From positions 89,962,001-90,026,000 of the forward strand of contig JAGIQG010000009.1 in the NCBI GenBank assembly GCA_024679065.1: DNA of 64,000 nucleotides. Reading direction: 5' to 3'. Below the pieces are notes generated by a model, which worked only from the letters and a program-made list of their open reading frames with translations, did no database searches and was not told the origin of the DNA. Below are positions 1 through 11,400 of this stretch, piece by piece (position 1 is the first letter of the stretch; each line of letters starts with the position of its first letter). Origin of the DNA: Sphyrna mokarran. Its lineage: Eukaryota. Both the position numbers and the translations under genes were made by a program.

Positions 1-457
1 CCCGCCAGGCCTCTTGCATTGAAATAAATGGGGTTTAATCTAAATTTCCTTGCTCTCAGTCTTGCTTCTGTCTGATTTGTCTGGTACTAGGATTATGGAC
101 ACTGCCTTTACTACTTAATGTGCTCTCTTTAATTTCCATGCTGACTTCAAATTTCTCTTCTGTCTCCCTACTGTTTTGGATCCACCCCACCCACCGCCAA
201 GCCAAACTAGTTTAAATCCTCCTGAGTGGCTCTAGCAATTCTCTCCACTAGGATGTTAGTTTCCCTTCCAGTTCAGGTGTAACCCATTTCTCTTGAGCAG
301 GTCAACACTTCCCCAGAAAAGATCCCAATGATCCAAAAATCTAAATCCCTGGCCCTTGCACCAGCTCTCAAGCTACGCATTCATCTGCCTAATCTTCCTG
401 TTCCTACTCTCAGTACCATGTGGCACCAGTAGTAATCCAGAAATTACTACCTTTGAG
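1..457 (-). mobile_element. Old CR1 LINE fragment (ORF1/ORF2 junction region)
   Basis: Resembles the ORF1-end sequence of the copy at 6980-7040 (tagtttaaa...tagcaa...ggat.tt.gt..ccc); degenerate. Confidence 0.55.
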
Positions 458-1791
458 ATCATAGAAACATAGAAAAACTACAGCACAATACAGGCCCTTT
501 GGCCCACAAAGAAGTGCCGAACATGTCGCTACCTTATAGATTACTAGGCTTATCTAAAACTCTCTATTTTACTAAGTTCCATGTAGTTATCTAAAAGTCT
601 CTTAAAAGGCTCTATCGTATCTGCCTCCACCACCACCACTGGCAGCCGATTCCATGTACCCACCACCTTCTGAGTGAAAAACTTACCCCTGACGTCTCCT
701 CTGTACCTACTCCCCAGCATCTAAACCTGTCCTCTTGTGGCAACCGTTTCAATCCTGGGAAAAAGCTTCTCAATCAATACCTTTCAACATCTCATACACC
801 ACTATCAGGTCACCCCTCATCCTTCGTCTTTCTATGGAGAAAAGACTGAGCTCTCTCAACCTATCCTCATAAGACATGCTCCTCAATCCAGGCAACATTC
901 TTGTAAATTTCCTCTGCACCCTTTCTATGGCTTCCACATCCTTCCTGTAATGAGGCAATTAGAACACAGTGGGGTCTGGATCTGTTCCCTTGTGATCTTT
1001 AGTGGGGAGGTTCTGAGTGCAGCTTTAATCTGTTTCCATATTGTGTACCTAATTTCAGAAAATTTGTTGTCCAATAACAATAAGCCATGCAAGGCTTATT
1101 GGGAAAGTGAGGGGGCTTGGGATCCAAGGGGACATTGCTTTGTGGATCCAGATTGGCTTGTCCACAGAAGACAAAGAGTGGTTGTAGATGGGTCCAAGTG
1201 GGGTCTGACCAGGGTCCTTTATAGCTGCAACATTATCTCTCGATTCCTGAACTCAATTCCTTGATTAATGAAGGCCAGTACATCACATGTCTTCTTAACA
1301 ACAGCTTCAACCTGCGCAGCTGCTTTGAGTGTCCTATGAACTCAGACCCCAAGATCCTTCTGATCTTCCACACTGCCAAGAGTCCCACCATTAATATTAT
1401 ATTCTGCCATCCTATTTGACCTACCAAAATGAATCACTTCACACTTATCTGGGTTCAACTTCATCTGCCACTTCTCCACGCAGTTTTGTATCCTATTAAT
1501 GTCTCGCTGCAACTTCTGACATCCCTCCACACTATTCACAACACCTCCAACTTTTGTGTCATCAGCAAACTTACCAACCCATCCCTCCACTTCCTCATTT
1601 ATAAAAATCACAAAGAGTAAGGATCACGACAGATCCCTGGGACATTCCACTCGTGACCAACCTCCATGCAGAAAAAGACCCATCTACAACCACTCTTTGC
1701 CTTTTGTGGACAAGCCAATCTGGATCCACAAAGCAATGTCCCCTTGGATCCCATGCCCCTCGCTTTCTCAATAAGCCTTGCATGGGGGATC
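458..1791 (-). mobile_element. CR1/HER1-type LINE, 3' part; host of the provirus, continues at 12343-12950
   Basis: catagaaa tail; RT ORF pieces ([23 protein letters not shown]); the broken site catggggga.c^ttatcaaatgc resumes at 12343. Confidence 0.9.
969..1194 (-). repeat. Inverted copy of 1678-1890 (LINE/LTR junction) inserted in the LINE
   Basis: Reverse complement of the LTR start and the adjacent LINE sequence; flanked on both sides by gtggggtctg. Confidence 0.88.
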
Positions 1792-1958
1792 TGTTATCGG
1801 ACAACAAATTTTCTGAAATTGGGTACACAACATGGAAGCAGACTAAAGCTGCACTCAGAACCTCCCCACTAAAGATCACAACAGATCCAGACAAGAAGGC
1901 AAAAGACATGTTTTTAAAATGCAAACAAGGGCTAACACACAAAGGATGGCACCAACAG
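1792..1958 (+). repeat. 5' LTR remnant
   Basis: Matches 8421-8600 up to ggatggcaccaacag, then jumps into gag-like sequence. Confidence 0.9.
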
Positions 1959-3565
1959 CAGGAGCCCATACCTACGCAACCTAGGATTGGAAAAGGGAGG
2001 AAGCAGTTGGGTTTTTATGCTAATCATTGTCCCAAGTCTGGGCGGCGGGAAAATAAGACTGCAGCCTCATAAGGATCCCTCCCCTAATATACAAGAGCCA
2101 GTCCACACTCCCCACAAATAGTAGCCCATAAAGCCCGAGGCACCAAAAGCCACTGAGGAAATTGTCCAGGCTTTGGTTGCCCGGGGTATTCTAAGACCCA
2201 CAGTGTCCAACACTAACTCCCCGATGTGAATATAATCCAAGACCTGGTAGCAACAGCCAGGCTGCCCTCAGAAACAGCCATAATTAAGATAAAAGCTCAG
2301 CAGAGGGTGAGGACTGCAGAACAGAAGGAGAATCAATTAGCAGACACTGCCACCAAGGCTGCAGCTGGGGAAGCCCTCCCACACATAACAGCTACCACAA
2401 CGTCACAGTGGGAACAGGCAGGGGCGTCCAGGGACAAAGATGGAGTGTGGCGCAGAGGGCACCAAGAAGCCGCCTCCTCATTTATACACACCGAACTACT
2501 CCAACTCCACCAAAAGCCAGACCACGCTGCTTGGGATAGGACCCTGGCCTGACTGTCAGCCAACTGTTGGTGGCCAGGAATGGGCCGGGATGTGGCCAAA
2601 CACTGCCAGCATTGTATCATACATGCCCAACACAACCCTGGCTGACCCCTGAAAGTCAAACTGGCCCACCAACCCAGACAAAAGGGACCCTGGGAAAACA
2701 TCCAGATCGACTTCATAGACCTTCTACCCACTAGCCGAGGGAAGAAATATTGTTTAGTCTTAATTGATCAATTCACCCGGTGGGTAGAAGCATTCCCAAC
2801 TCGGGATTGCGAAGCCACCACTGTAGACCGCATCTTAGCATACGAGAGCATCCTGAGATGGGGAGTCCCACTACAACTGGACTCCAACCAGAGGGCACAT
2901 TTTGCCGGCAAAATAATGAAACAAGCTTGCAAAACCCTGGGAATCCGACAGCGATTCCATATCCCATACCGCCCTCAGAGTTCTGGAATGGTCGAGCGAA
3001 TGAACCACACACTTAAAAATGCGATTGCAAAGTCAATCGCCGAGACAGGGGTCAGGGGTGAGTAGATGTCTTTCCCTGCATCTTGATGCGCCTACAGGCC
3101 ACCCCAGGTCACACCATAGGACTTACACTATTCAAACTAACGATGGGGAGGGCAATGAGGCTCCCAGAAAACATAGCTGTCGGAGGAGAAGAGATAGCAC
3201 CCCTTCGGGATAAAACGAAAAGGTATGTGCAACAGTTAGACCACCAACTCAGAGAGCTACACCATGCAGCCAGAGACCAACAAGCTATAAGGGACCAGGC
3301 TAGGAAGCAGGATATCAGTCACACTACCAAAGTGCAGGATATCAGTCACACCCGAGAAGGCGACAAAGTCCTAATCCGAGTTGCTCCCGACCAAACAGGA
3401 TTTTTACGAGAATGGATAGGATCCCATGAGATTATCCTCACCAGCCACACATGTACCTGTGTTGATGTCGAAGGCAAAGGCTGCTGGAAACACTGGTCAC
3501 AGTTAAAGACATACCACCCCAGGGGTTTGGGGAGTGGGGGGGGTGTGGACAGGACAGATAGATAA
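1959..3565 (+). pseudogene. pol: Retroviral gag C-terminus / pol remnants (RT start, RNase H, integrase)
   Basis: Zn-knuckle relic GFYANHCP; RT start IVQALVARGILRPTVSNTNSP; RNase H AIIKIKAQ...NQLADTATKAAA; integrase WPGMGRDVAKHCQHC, PWENIQIDFI, IDQFTRWVEAFP, PYRPQSSGMVERMN and WKHWSQLK. Frameshifts and large deletions. Confidence 0.9.
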
Positions 3566-3811
3566 TCCGACAATACAAAATAGGCCACACATCGACCCCT
3601 AATTAACCGCCTTTATCTACACAGCGGAAGTCGAGCTAACAACCTTCATTTCCAGCACGGAGGAGAGCCACATGTCAACCATGGCTCTGATATATGTATA
3701 TAGATGTCTGTGCATGTTTAAGTAAGTTAGTTAAAATATAGTTAATACTGAGATCCTAATATCTGGCGGCCATCGTGCTTTGTGTACCCTCCCCACCCCT
3801 TCTCCAAGATA

Positions 3812-6800
3812 ATGCTGACTGTCTGGAGGATGATCCTCACTGTGACCTTCGTGACGAGTGTCGTCTTCCAAGGGCACACCACCTATTAACAATTCCATGG
3901 AATAATGTTTAATACATTCGAGGCGTTGTGCATGCCAGCTGCACCATATTCTGAGAACAGTAGGATGTATTCCAATGCATGGTTACATCCAGGTATTGAT
4001 GTAATAGAACATAGAACATAGAACAATACAGCACAGAACAGGCCCTTCGGCCTTCGATGTTGTGCCGACCAAAATAAAAAGCAATGCCCCTCCTAACTAA
4101 ACCATTCCCTTCTCATCCATATACTTATCAACTAACCTCTTAAACGCCACCAACTTGGCGCATCTACAACAGCTGCAGGCAGGGCATTCCACTCCCTAAT
4201 CACTCTTTGAGTAAAGAACCTACCTCTGATATCCTTCCTATAACTCATACCCCTTAATTTAAAGCTGTGTCCCCTCGTGCTAGCTTTCTCCATCCTAGGA
4301 AAAAGGCTATCACTGTCCCACCTATCTAAACCTCTAATCATCTTATATGCTTCAATAAGATCCCCTCTTAGCCGCCTCCTTTCTAACGAAAACAACTTCA
4401 AATCCTTCAACCTCTCTTCATAGGACCTGCCCTCCATACCAGGCAACATCCTAGTAAACCTCCTCTGTACCCTCTCCAATGCCTCCACATCTTTCTTATA
4501 TGTGGCGACCAGAACTGCACACAATACTCCAAGTGCGGCCGCACTAGAGTTTTGTACAGCTGCAACATGATGCTGCGGCTCCTAAATTCACTCCCCCTAC
4601 CAATAAAAGCTAAGACTCCATAAGCCTTCTTAACAACTCTATCCACTTGACTGCCTACTTTCAGGGATCTATTGACACATACACCAAGATCCTTCTGTTC
4701 CTCAACACTATTAAGAGCCCTACCATTAGCCCTATACTCTACACATTTATTGTTCCTGCCAAAGTGCATTACCTCACACTTTTCCACATTAACTCCATTT
4801 GCCACCTCTCGGCCCAGCTCTGCAACTTGTCCAAGTCACTCTGTAAACTAAAACACCCCTCTTCACTATCTACCACACCACCAACTTTATTATCATCTGC
4901 AAATTTACTGATCCATCCCTCAATACCCTCATCCAGATCATTTATAAAAATTACAAACAGCAGGGGCCCCAAAACAGACCCTTGAGGCACACCACTTGTC
5001 ACCGAACTCCACGATGAATATCTCCCATCAACCACCCCCCTCTGTCTTCTATCTGCCAGCCAATTCCTAATCCAATTAGCTAAATCACCCTCTATTCCAC
5101 ACATCTGCATTTTCTGTAGAAGTCTTCCATGGGCCACCTTATCAAAAGCCTTACTAAAGTCCATATATACTACATCAACCGCCTTACCCCCATCACCTCT
5201 CTGGTCACTTTCTCAAAAAACTCAATGAGGTTAGTAAGGCATGACCTACCCTTCACGAAACCATGCTGACTATCCCCAATCAATTCATTTCTCTCTAAAT
5301 AACTATAAATCCTATCCCTAATAATCCTCTCCAATACCTTGCCCACAACAGAAGTAAGACTCACTGGCCTATAATTCCCAGGAAGGTCCCTCTTCCCCTT
5401 CTTAAACAATGGGACCACATTCGCTATCCTCCAGTCCTCCGGAACCACACCCGTAACCAACGAGGACCTGAAGATCAGAGCCAGAGGCTCTGCAATCTCC
5501 TCTCTTGCCTCCCAGAGAATCCTAGGGTAATCCCGTCCGGCCCAGGGGACTTATCCAACTTCAAACCCTCGAGAATTTCTAACACATCCTCCCTATCTAC
5601 TGCAATACTCCCCAATTTGCAACCCTGTACCTCAGTGCTCTCCACAGCTACATTTCCAGCACTCTGCGTGAATACCGAAGAGAAATATTTATTCAGTGCC
5701 TCACCAATCTCTTCAGGCTCCACGCACAACTTCCCACTGCTGTCTATGACTGGCCCTAATCTTGCCCTACCAATCTTCTATTCTTAACATATCGAAAGAA
5801 AGCTTTAGGATTCTCCTTAATCCTATCAGCCAACATCTTCTCATGTCCCCTCTTAGCTCTCCTCAATTCACTTTTTACCTCCTTCCTGGCTAATCTATAG
5901 CTATCCATTGCACTAACTTAGCCTTCAAGCCTCATCCTGACATAAGCCTCCTTTTTCTTCTTAACCAGCAAATCAACTCTTTTCTTACACCAAGGCTCTC
6001 TTACTCGTCCATTTCCTCCCTGCCTGACAGGGACATACTTATCAAGGACTCGCAGCAGCTGCTCCTTGAATAAGCACCACATTCCAGATGTTCCCAGTCC
6101 CTGTAGTTTCCTAGTCCAATCTATGCACCCTAATTCTCTCCTGATGGCCTCATACTTACCCTTCCCCCAGCTATAACTACTGCCCCCAGCTTCATGCCTA
6201 TCCCTGTCCATCACTAAGGTGAACGTAACCGACTTGTGGTCACTATCACCAAAATGTTCACTAACTTCCAAGCCTAACACCTGGTCTGGCTCATTGCCCA
6301 GCACCAAATCCAATGTAGCCTCACCGCTAGTTGGCCTATCTACATACTGAGTCAAAAAACCTTCCTGCACACTCTGTACGAAAACTGACCCCTCTAACGA
6401 GCTAGAGCTATAGCTATAGCTATTCCAATCAATATTAGTAAAGTTAAAGTCCCCCATCACAATTACCCTACTACTTTCACTCCTAATCAGAATTGACTTT
6501 GCAATCCTTTCCTCAACCTCTCTAGAACTATTAGGAGGGCTGTAAAAGACTCCCAACAGGGTGACCTCTCCTCTCCTGTTTCTAATCTCAGCCCATACTA
6601 CCTCAACAGACAAGTCCTCATCCAACTTCTTTTCGATCACCGTGATACAGTCTTTGACCAGTAACGCCACTCCTCCCCCCCTTCTACCCCCTTCTCTACT
6701 CCGACTAAAGCATTTGTACCCCGAAACCTGCAACATCCATTCCTGTCCCTGCTCTACCCAAGTCTCTGAAATGGCCACAACATCGAAGTTCCAGGTACTG

Positions 6801-7271
6801 GTCCAAGCTGCAAGTTCCTCCCCCTTATTGCGAATACTCCTTGCATTAAAGTATACGCATCTCAAACCATGCCCCCCCCCACCCGTACGCCGCTGTGTTT
6901 TACAACTCTCCTCTATAACCCCCTTACTCTCATCCCTCTCAGCACCCCAACTACTTAGGATCCCACCCCCCCCCCGAATCAGTTTAAAGCCCCCATCATA
7001 GCCTTAGCAAATTTTCCCCCCAAGATATTAGTCCCCCTGCTTCACTTGCACACTAGATATGCTCCAAACATGCATCCAATGGCCGGATTCTCTGAGCGAT
7101 TCCGGCTGCACCTTCGGACCATCTGCAGATGAAGATCCAAAGGCCCTACTTCAAAGGGACATTCTTAAACCAGACATTGACATTTGCGGATATTATGGAT
7201 TAGTTGAGCTTCTGCAGTCTCACTATATGTATGTTTTGCACTTCCTACAACACAGGCCCTCACGACCATGA
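3812..7271 (+). pseudogene. Putative accessory ORF of the provirus (3812-4003 + 7041-7271), split by a LINE
   Basis: Removing 4004-7040 joins ...PGIDV to FTCTLDML... in frame. About 140 codons with one internal stop, a hydrophobic N-terminus, and a polypyrimidine-AG just before the ATG. Confidence 0.5.
4004..7040 (-). mobile_element. Young CR1/HER1-type LINE (subfamily A), whole ORF2 with frameshifts plus end of ORF1
   Basis: (ttctatg)n tail; APE endonuclease ORF 5918-6865 (YFNARS, ETW, GDFN, SDH); RT ORFs 4132-5729. Confidence 0.96.
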
Positions 7272-8286
7272 CACCTGAAATCTTACCCTGCCCCTTGCTG
7301 AGCGGGGGCAGGGCCGGAGGGAGGACTGGTGCTGTGGAACGAGGGGGAAATTTTGTATGACAATGTAAGACACAAGGTCATGCCTGTTCTGATTGATATC
7401 TCAGGAATCCAGGTGCTGGGATACTAAATATGTATCAAATGCTGGGTAGGGAAACCATAAAGCGGGATATAGATGCGATAGGAGCAATACCTCTCTCCGC
7501 TGCCACCTAACCGAAGTCATAGCCATTTCAAGACATGCATGATGTTCAGTACCTTCCTCTCGGGATGCAAACAAAGGGGAGAGATAACTATTTACCCTCA
7601 CCCACTGAGGCAAGGAGAGGCAGCTGAATGTGGGTTTAATCAAACACAGCCCTGTACTTTAGAAATCATACCGACAGACCCACACTTTGCCCAGACAAAG
7701 GATATGGAGGACGAGGCAGGTATTGTGTAGCCACAGCAAAAACATTCTTTGTTATACAACGGACTGGCATGTCCAATCCCCAGCCCAAACTTTTGCTTCA
7801 CCCCTCACAGACCAGTCACCATTGGCCAAATCCACATCACCAACATTTGAAGGAGGCAAACCCTGACACTTAATCCACAGACCACTGAGAGATGAGCTCA
7901 AATATTACTGAAAGCAAGAACAGGCTCCCATCCCACACCTAGCAGAAGTACTGAGAGAGCTCCATCTCAAAGTGGGACACTCCGTTCAGCTGTACTACCA
8001 GTTATAAATCCACATTAAAACCCTAGAGCACGACACAGAGTCAGCCCTACACAGCCAAATATGGACATAGAGGGTATGGGACTGGGGCTTAAATGTGGAC
8101 ATTCACCCCTGGATCCAGCCAATCTCACACATACTGGTCACCATCCAACTCATACTCGCAATATCTTGGGAAATAGTGACGTGCTAAACTTACCACCAGC
8201 ACAAGAAAATTAAAACATGGAGGAAACTAATCAGAATGATTGGCAAAGTGGGGCAAATTAGGAGGACTTCTCCCGCATATACCTAA
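7196..8286 (+). pseudogene. env: Env-like glycoprotein remnant
   Basis: Lies just before the PPT/3' LTR. Cys-rich ectodomain (LSGCKQ..ECGFN..PCTL..GRYCV..CP..NFCF), heptad-like segment, WDW, hydrophobic TM (ILVTIQLILAISW) and basic tail; stops and frameshifts. Confidence 0.7.
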
Positions 8287-8420
8287 TTTGACAAAACTCG
8301 GGCCTCCCCTAAACAGCACGACTGCAACGTGCAAACACAGGGAGCACCGGACACAAAATTTGTTAAAGAAATCAGTCTGAGGAGGCAGAACAAGTCTGCT
8401 CCTGACCGACAGGCGGGAAC

Positions 8421-11400
8421 TGTTATTGGACAACAAATCTTCTGAAATTGGGTACACAATATGGAAGCAGACTAAAGCTGCACTCAGAACCTCCCCACTA
8501 AAGATCATAACAGATCCAGACAAGAAGGCAAAAGACATGTTTTTGAAATGCAAACTAAGGCTAACACACAAAGGGAACCGGACAGGATGGCACCAACAGA
8601 AACTAAATTAAAAGTAAACCCCCATCTAATCAAATCAGCACCTCTGACCTAATCAAGTAAATCTCTGTGGAAACACCTAAGGATTAACATAATTAAGGAA
8701 GCCTTCCTGGCCTCACAAACTTCCTGAGATCAGCCAAACACCCATTGTTCAAGAAACTCCAGAGATTGTAAACCATTAATAAACCCATTAGATAGAAACG
8801 ATTACCATCCAGAGTCAAATATATAAACAAAACATTAATATTTGAATCATACAATGTCTCGAAGTTTGAGTATAACTGTAGCCCATCGCGGCAGGCCTTA
8901 AGAGTGCTTTCGGGACAGTTCAGTTTGTATATCCTGATTGTACTTCCGTCGATGTTAAAATAAAGCTGTATCGCTTTTGAACCTGACTCTGAGTCTGTAG
9001 CGGTGGAGCGTAACAGAAAAAACGGATGAACTTAGGGCCTTAATGTTTGCGGGGAACTTGGATGTGGTTGCGGTGACAGAGACGTGGTTAAAGGAAGGGG
9101 AGCAGTGGCAACTGAACATTCCTGGGTATAAGTGTTTCAGGCGTGACAGAGGAGGGTCCAGAAGAGGTGGGGGAGTGACGTTGTTACTTAAGGAGAGCAT
9201 CACGGCGGTGCAGAGGGAGGACAATACAGAGGAGATAGGAGTGGAGTCGTTGTGGGTGGAGATGAGGAATAGAAAGGGGGCGCTTACTATGCTAGGGGTT
9301 TATTATAGGCCACCCAACAGCCCGCGGGTAGTTGAAGAAGGCATATGTAAAGACATTTTGAATAAGTGCAGAAAGAACAGAGTCGTTATAGTGGGAGATT
9401 TTAATCTCCCTAGGGTGGATTGGAAAGTACCTAGAGTTGGGGGTTTGGACGGGCAGGAATTTGTAAAATGTGTACTGGAAGGATCGTTGGAGCAGTATGT
9501 GGCTAGCCGGACTAGAGAAGGGGCTGTATTGGATTTAGTTCTGAGTAATGAGCCAGGGCAGGTGGTTGATGTTGTAGTAGGAGAACATGTGGCTAACAGT
9601 GACCACAATTCTGTCTACTTTAGGATACAGATGGAAAAGGATGCTTGTTGCCCTAGGGGGAGGGTGCTGAATTGGGGGAAGGCTAACTACAGTCAGATTA
9701 GGCAGGAACTCATGGAAACTAATTGGGAACGGTTGTTTGAGGGTAAGTCCACGGTAAGCATGTGGGATCCTTTCAAGGGAATACTGAAAATGTTGCAAGA
9801 AAGATATGTGCCGGCCAAGAGGAAAGATGGGAAAGGTAGGATTAGAGACCTGTGGATTACTAGGGATATTGAGGACTTGGTTAGGAAGAAAAGAGAGGCT
9901 TATGATAGGTCAAAGCAGCTGGGAACGGAGACAGCGTTGGAGGAATATAGAGAGAGTAGGGGGGAGCTCAAACGGGGAGTTAGAAGGGCAAAAAGGGGGC
10001 ATGAAATGATTTTGGCGGATAGGATTAAGGAAAATCCAAAGGCTTTTTACTCCTATGTTAGGAATAAAAGGGTGGTTAGAGGAAAAATCGGACCTCTTAG
10101 GGACGGAGGAGGGGAACTGTGCTTAGAGCCCAAGGGAATGGCAGAGATCCTGAATGAATACTTTGCGTCGGTATTCACGAAGGAGAGGGGCTTATTGACA
10201 GCTCCTGTCTCTGAGGGAGCTGTGGACCAGTTGAGGGAAATATCCATACTGAGGGAGGAAGTATTAGAGCTTCTAGGTAGCATTAAAACTGATAAATCTC
10301 CGGGGCCAGATGGCATTTATCCTAGGCAGCTTAGGGAGGTGCGAGGTGAAATTGCTGGGCCTCTGACAGAAATCTTTGTCTCTTTGTTGGACACAGGTGA
10401 AGTCCCAGAGAACTGGAGAATAGCTAACGTTGTACCGTTGTTTAAATAGCGTATTAGGGGTAACCCTGGAAATTATAGGCCGGTGAGTTTGACATCAGTG
10501 GTAGGGAAGCTGTTGGAGGGGATTCTTAGAGATAGGATGCATACGCACTTAGAATGTTGCGATCTGATTAGGGATACGCAGCATGGATTTGTTAACGGGA
10601 GGTCGTGCCTTATGAATCTGGTAGAATTTTTTGAGGAGGTGACAAAAACGGTGGACGAAGGGCAAGCCGTTGATGTCGTCTATATGGATTTTAGTAAGGT
10701 GCTTGACAAAGTCCCTCATGGGAGGTTAGTTGAGAAGGTCAAGGCTAATGGGATACAAGGACAGGTAGCTAGATGGATAAGTAACTGGCTTGGTAATAGG
10801 AGACAGAGAGTAATAGTGGAAGGGTGTTTTTCTAGCTGGAGGTCGGTCACTAGTGGTGTGCCGCAGGGCTCGGTACTGGGACCTCTTCTATTTGTAATAT
10901 ATATAAATGACTTGGAAGAGGGAGTAAGTGGAGTGATCAGCAAGTTTGCAGATGATACAAAGATAGCTGGACTTGCAGATAGTGAGGAGCATTGTCAGTC
11001 GATGCAGCAGGACATAGATAGGCTGGTAGCTTGGGCAGACAGAAGGCAGATGGAATTCAATCCTGATAAATGTGAGGTGATGCATTTCAGGAGAAAGAAT
11101 GTAGGGGGGAGGTATATGATAAAGGGTAGACCTATTAAGAGTATAGAAATGCAGAGGGACCTGGGGGTGCAGGTGAAGAAGTCTCTGAAGGTGGCAGAGC
11201 AAGTGGAGAAGGTTGTGAAGAAAGCATATAGTATGTTAGCCTTTATAGGAAGGGGTATAGAGTACAAGAGCTGGCCCTTAATGTTGCAGTTGTATAAAAC
11301 GTTGGTTAGACCTCATTTGGAATACTGCATCCAGTTCTGGTCGCCTTACTACCGGAAGGACGTGGAGACTCTGGAGAGAGTGCAGAGGAGGTTTACCAGG

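Noticed and set aside
737-1264. 175-aa plus-strand ORF
   Set aside because: Chimera of antisense LINE and the inverted LTR/LINE insertion; not a gene.
9004-9015. ggagcgTAACA as the end of the 3' LTR
   Set aside because: It reads in frame as CR1 ORF2 (SVTEKTDELRAL). The real end is 12342, where the TSD and host LINE resume.
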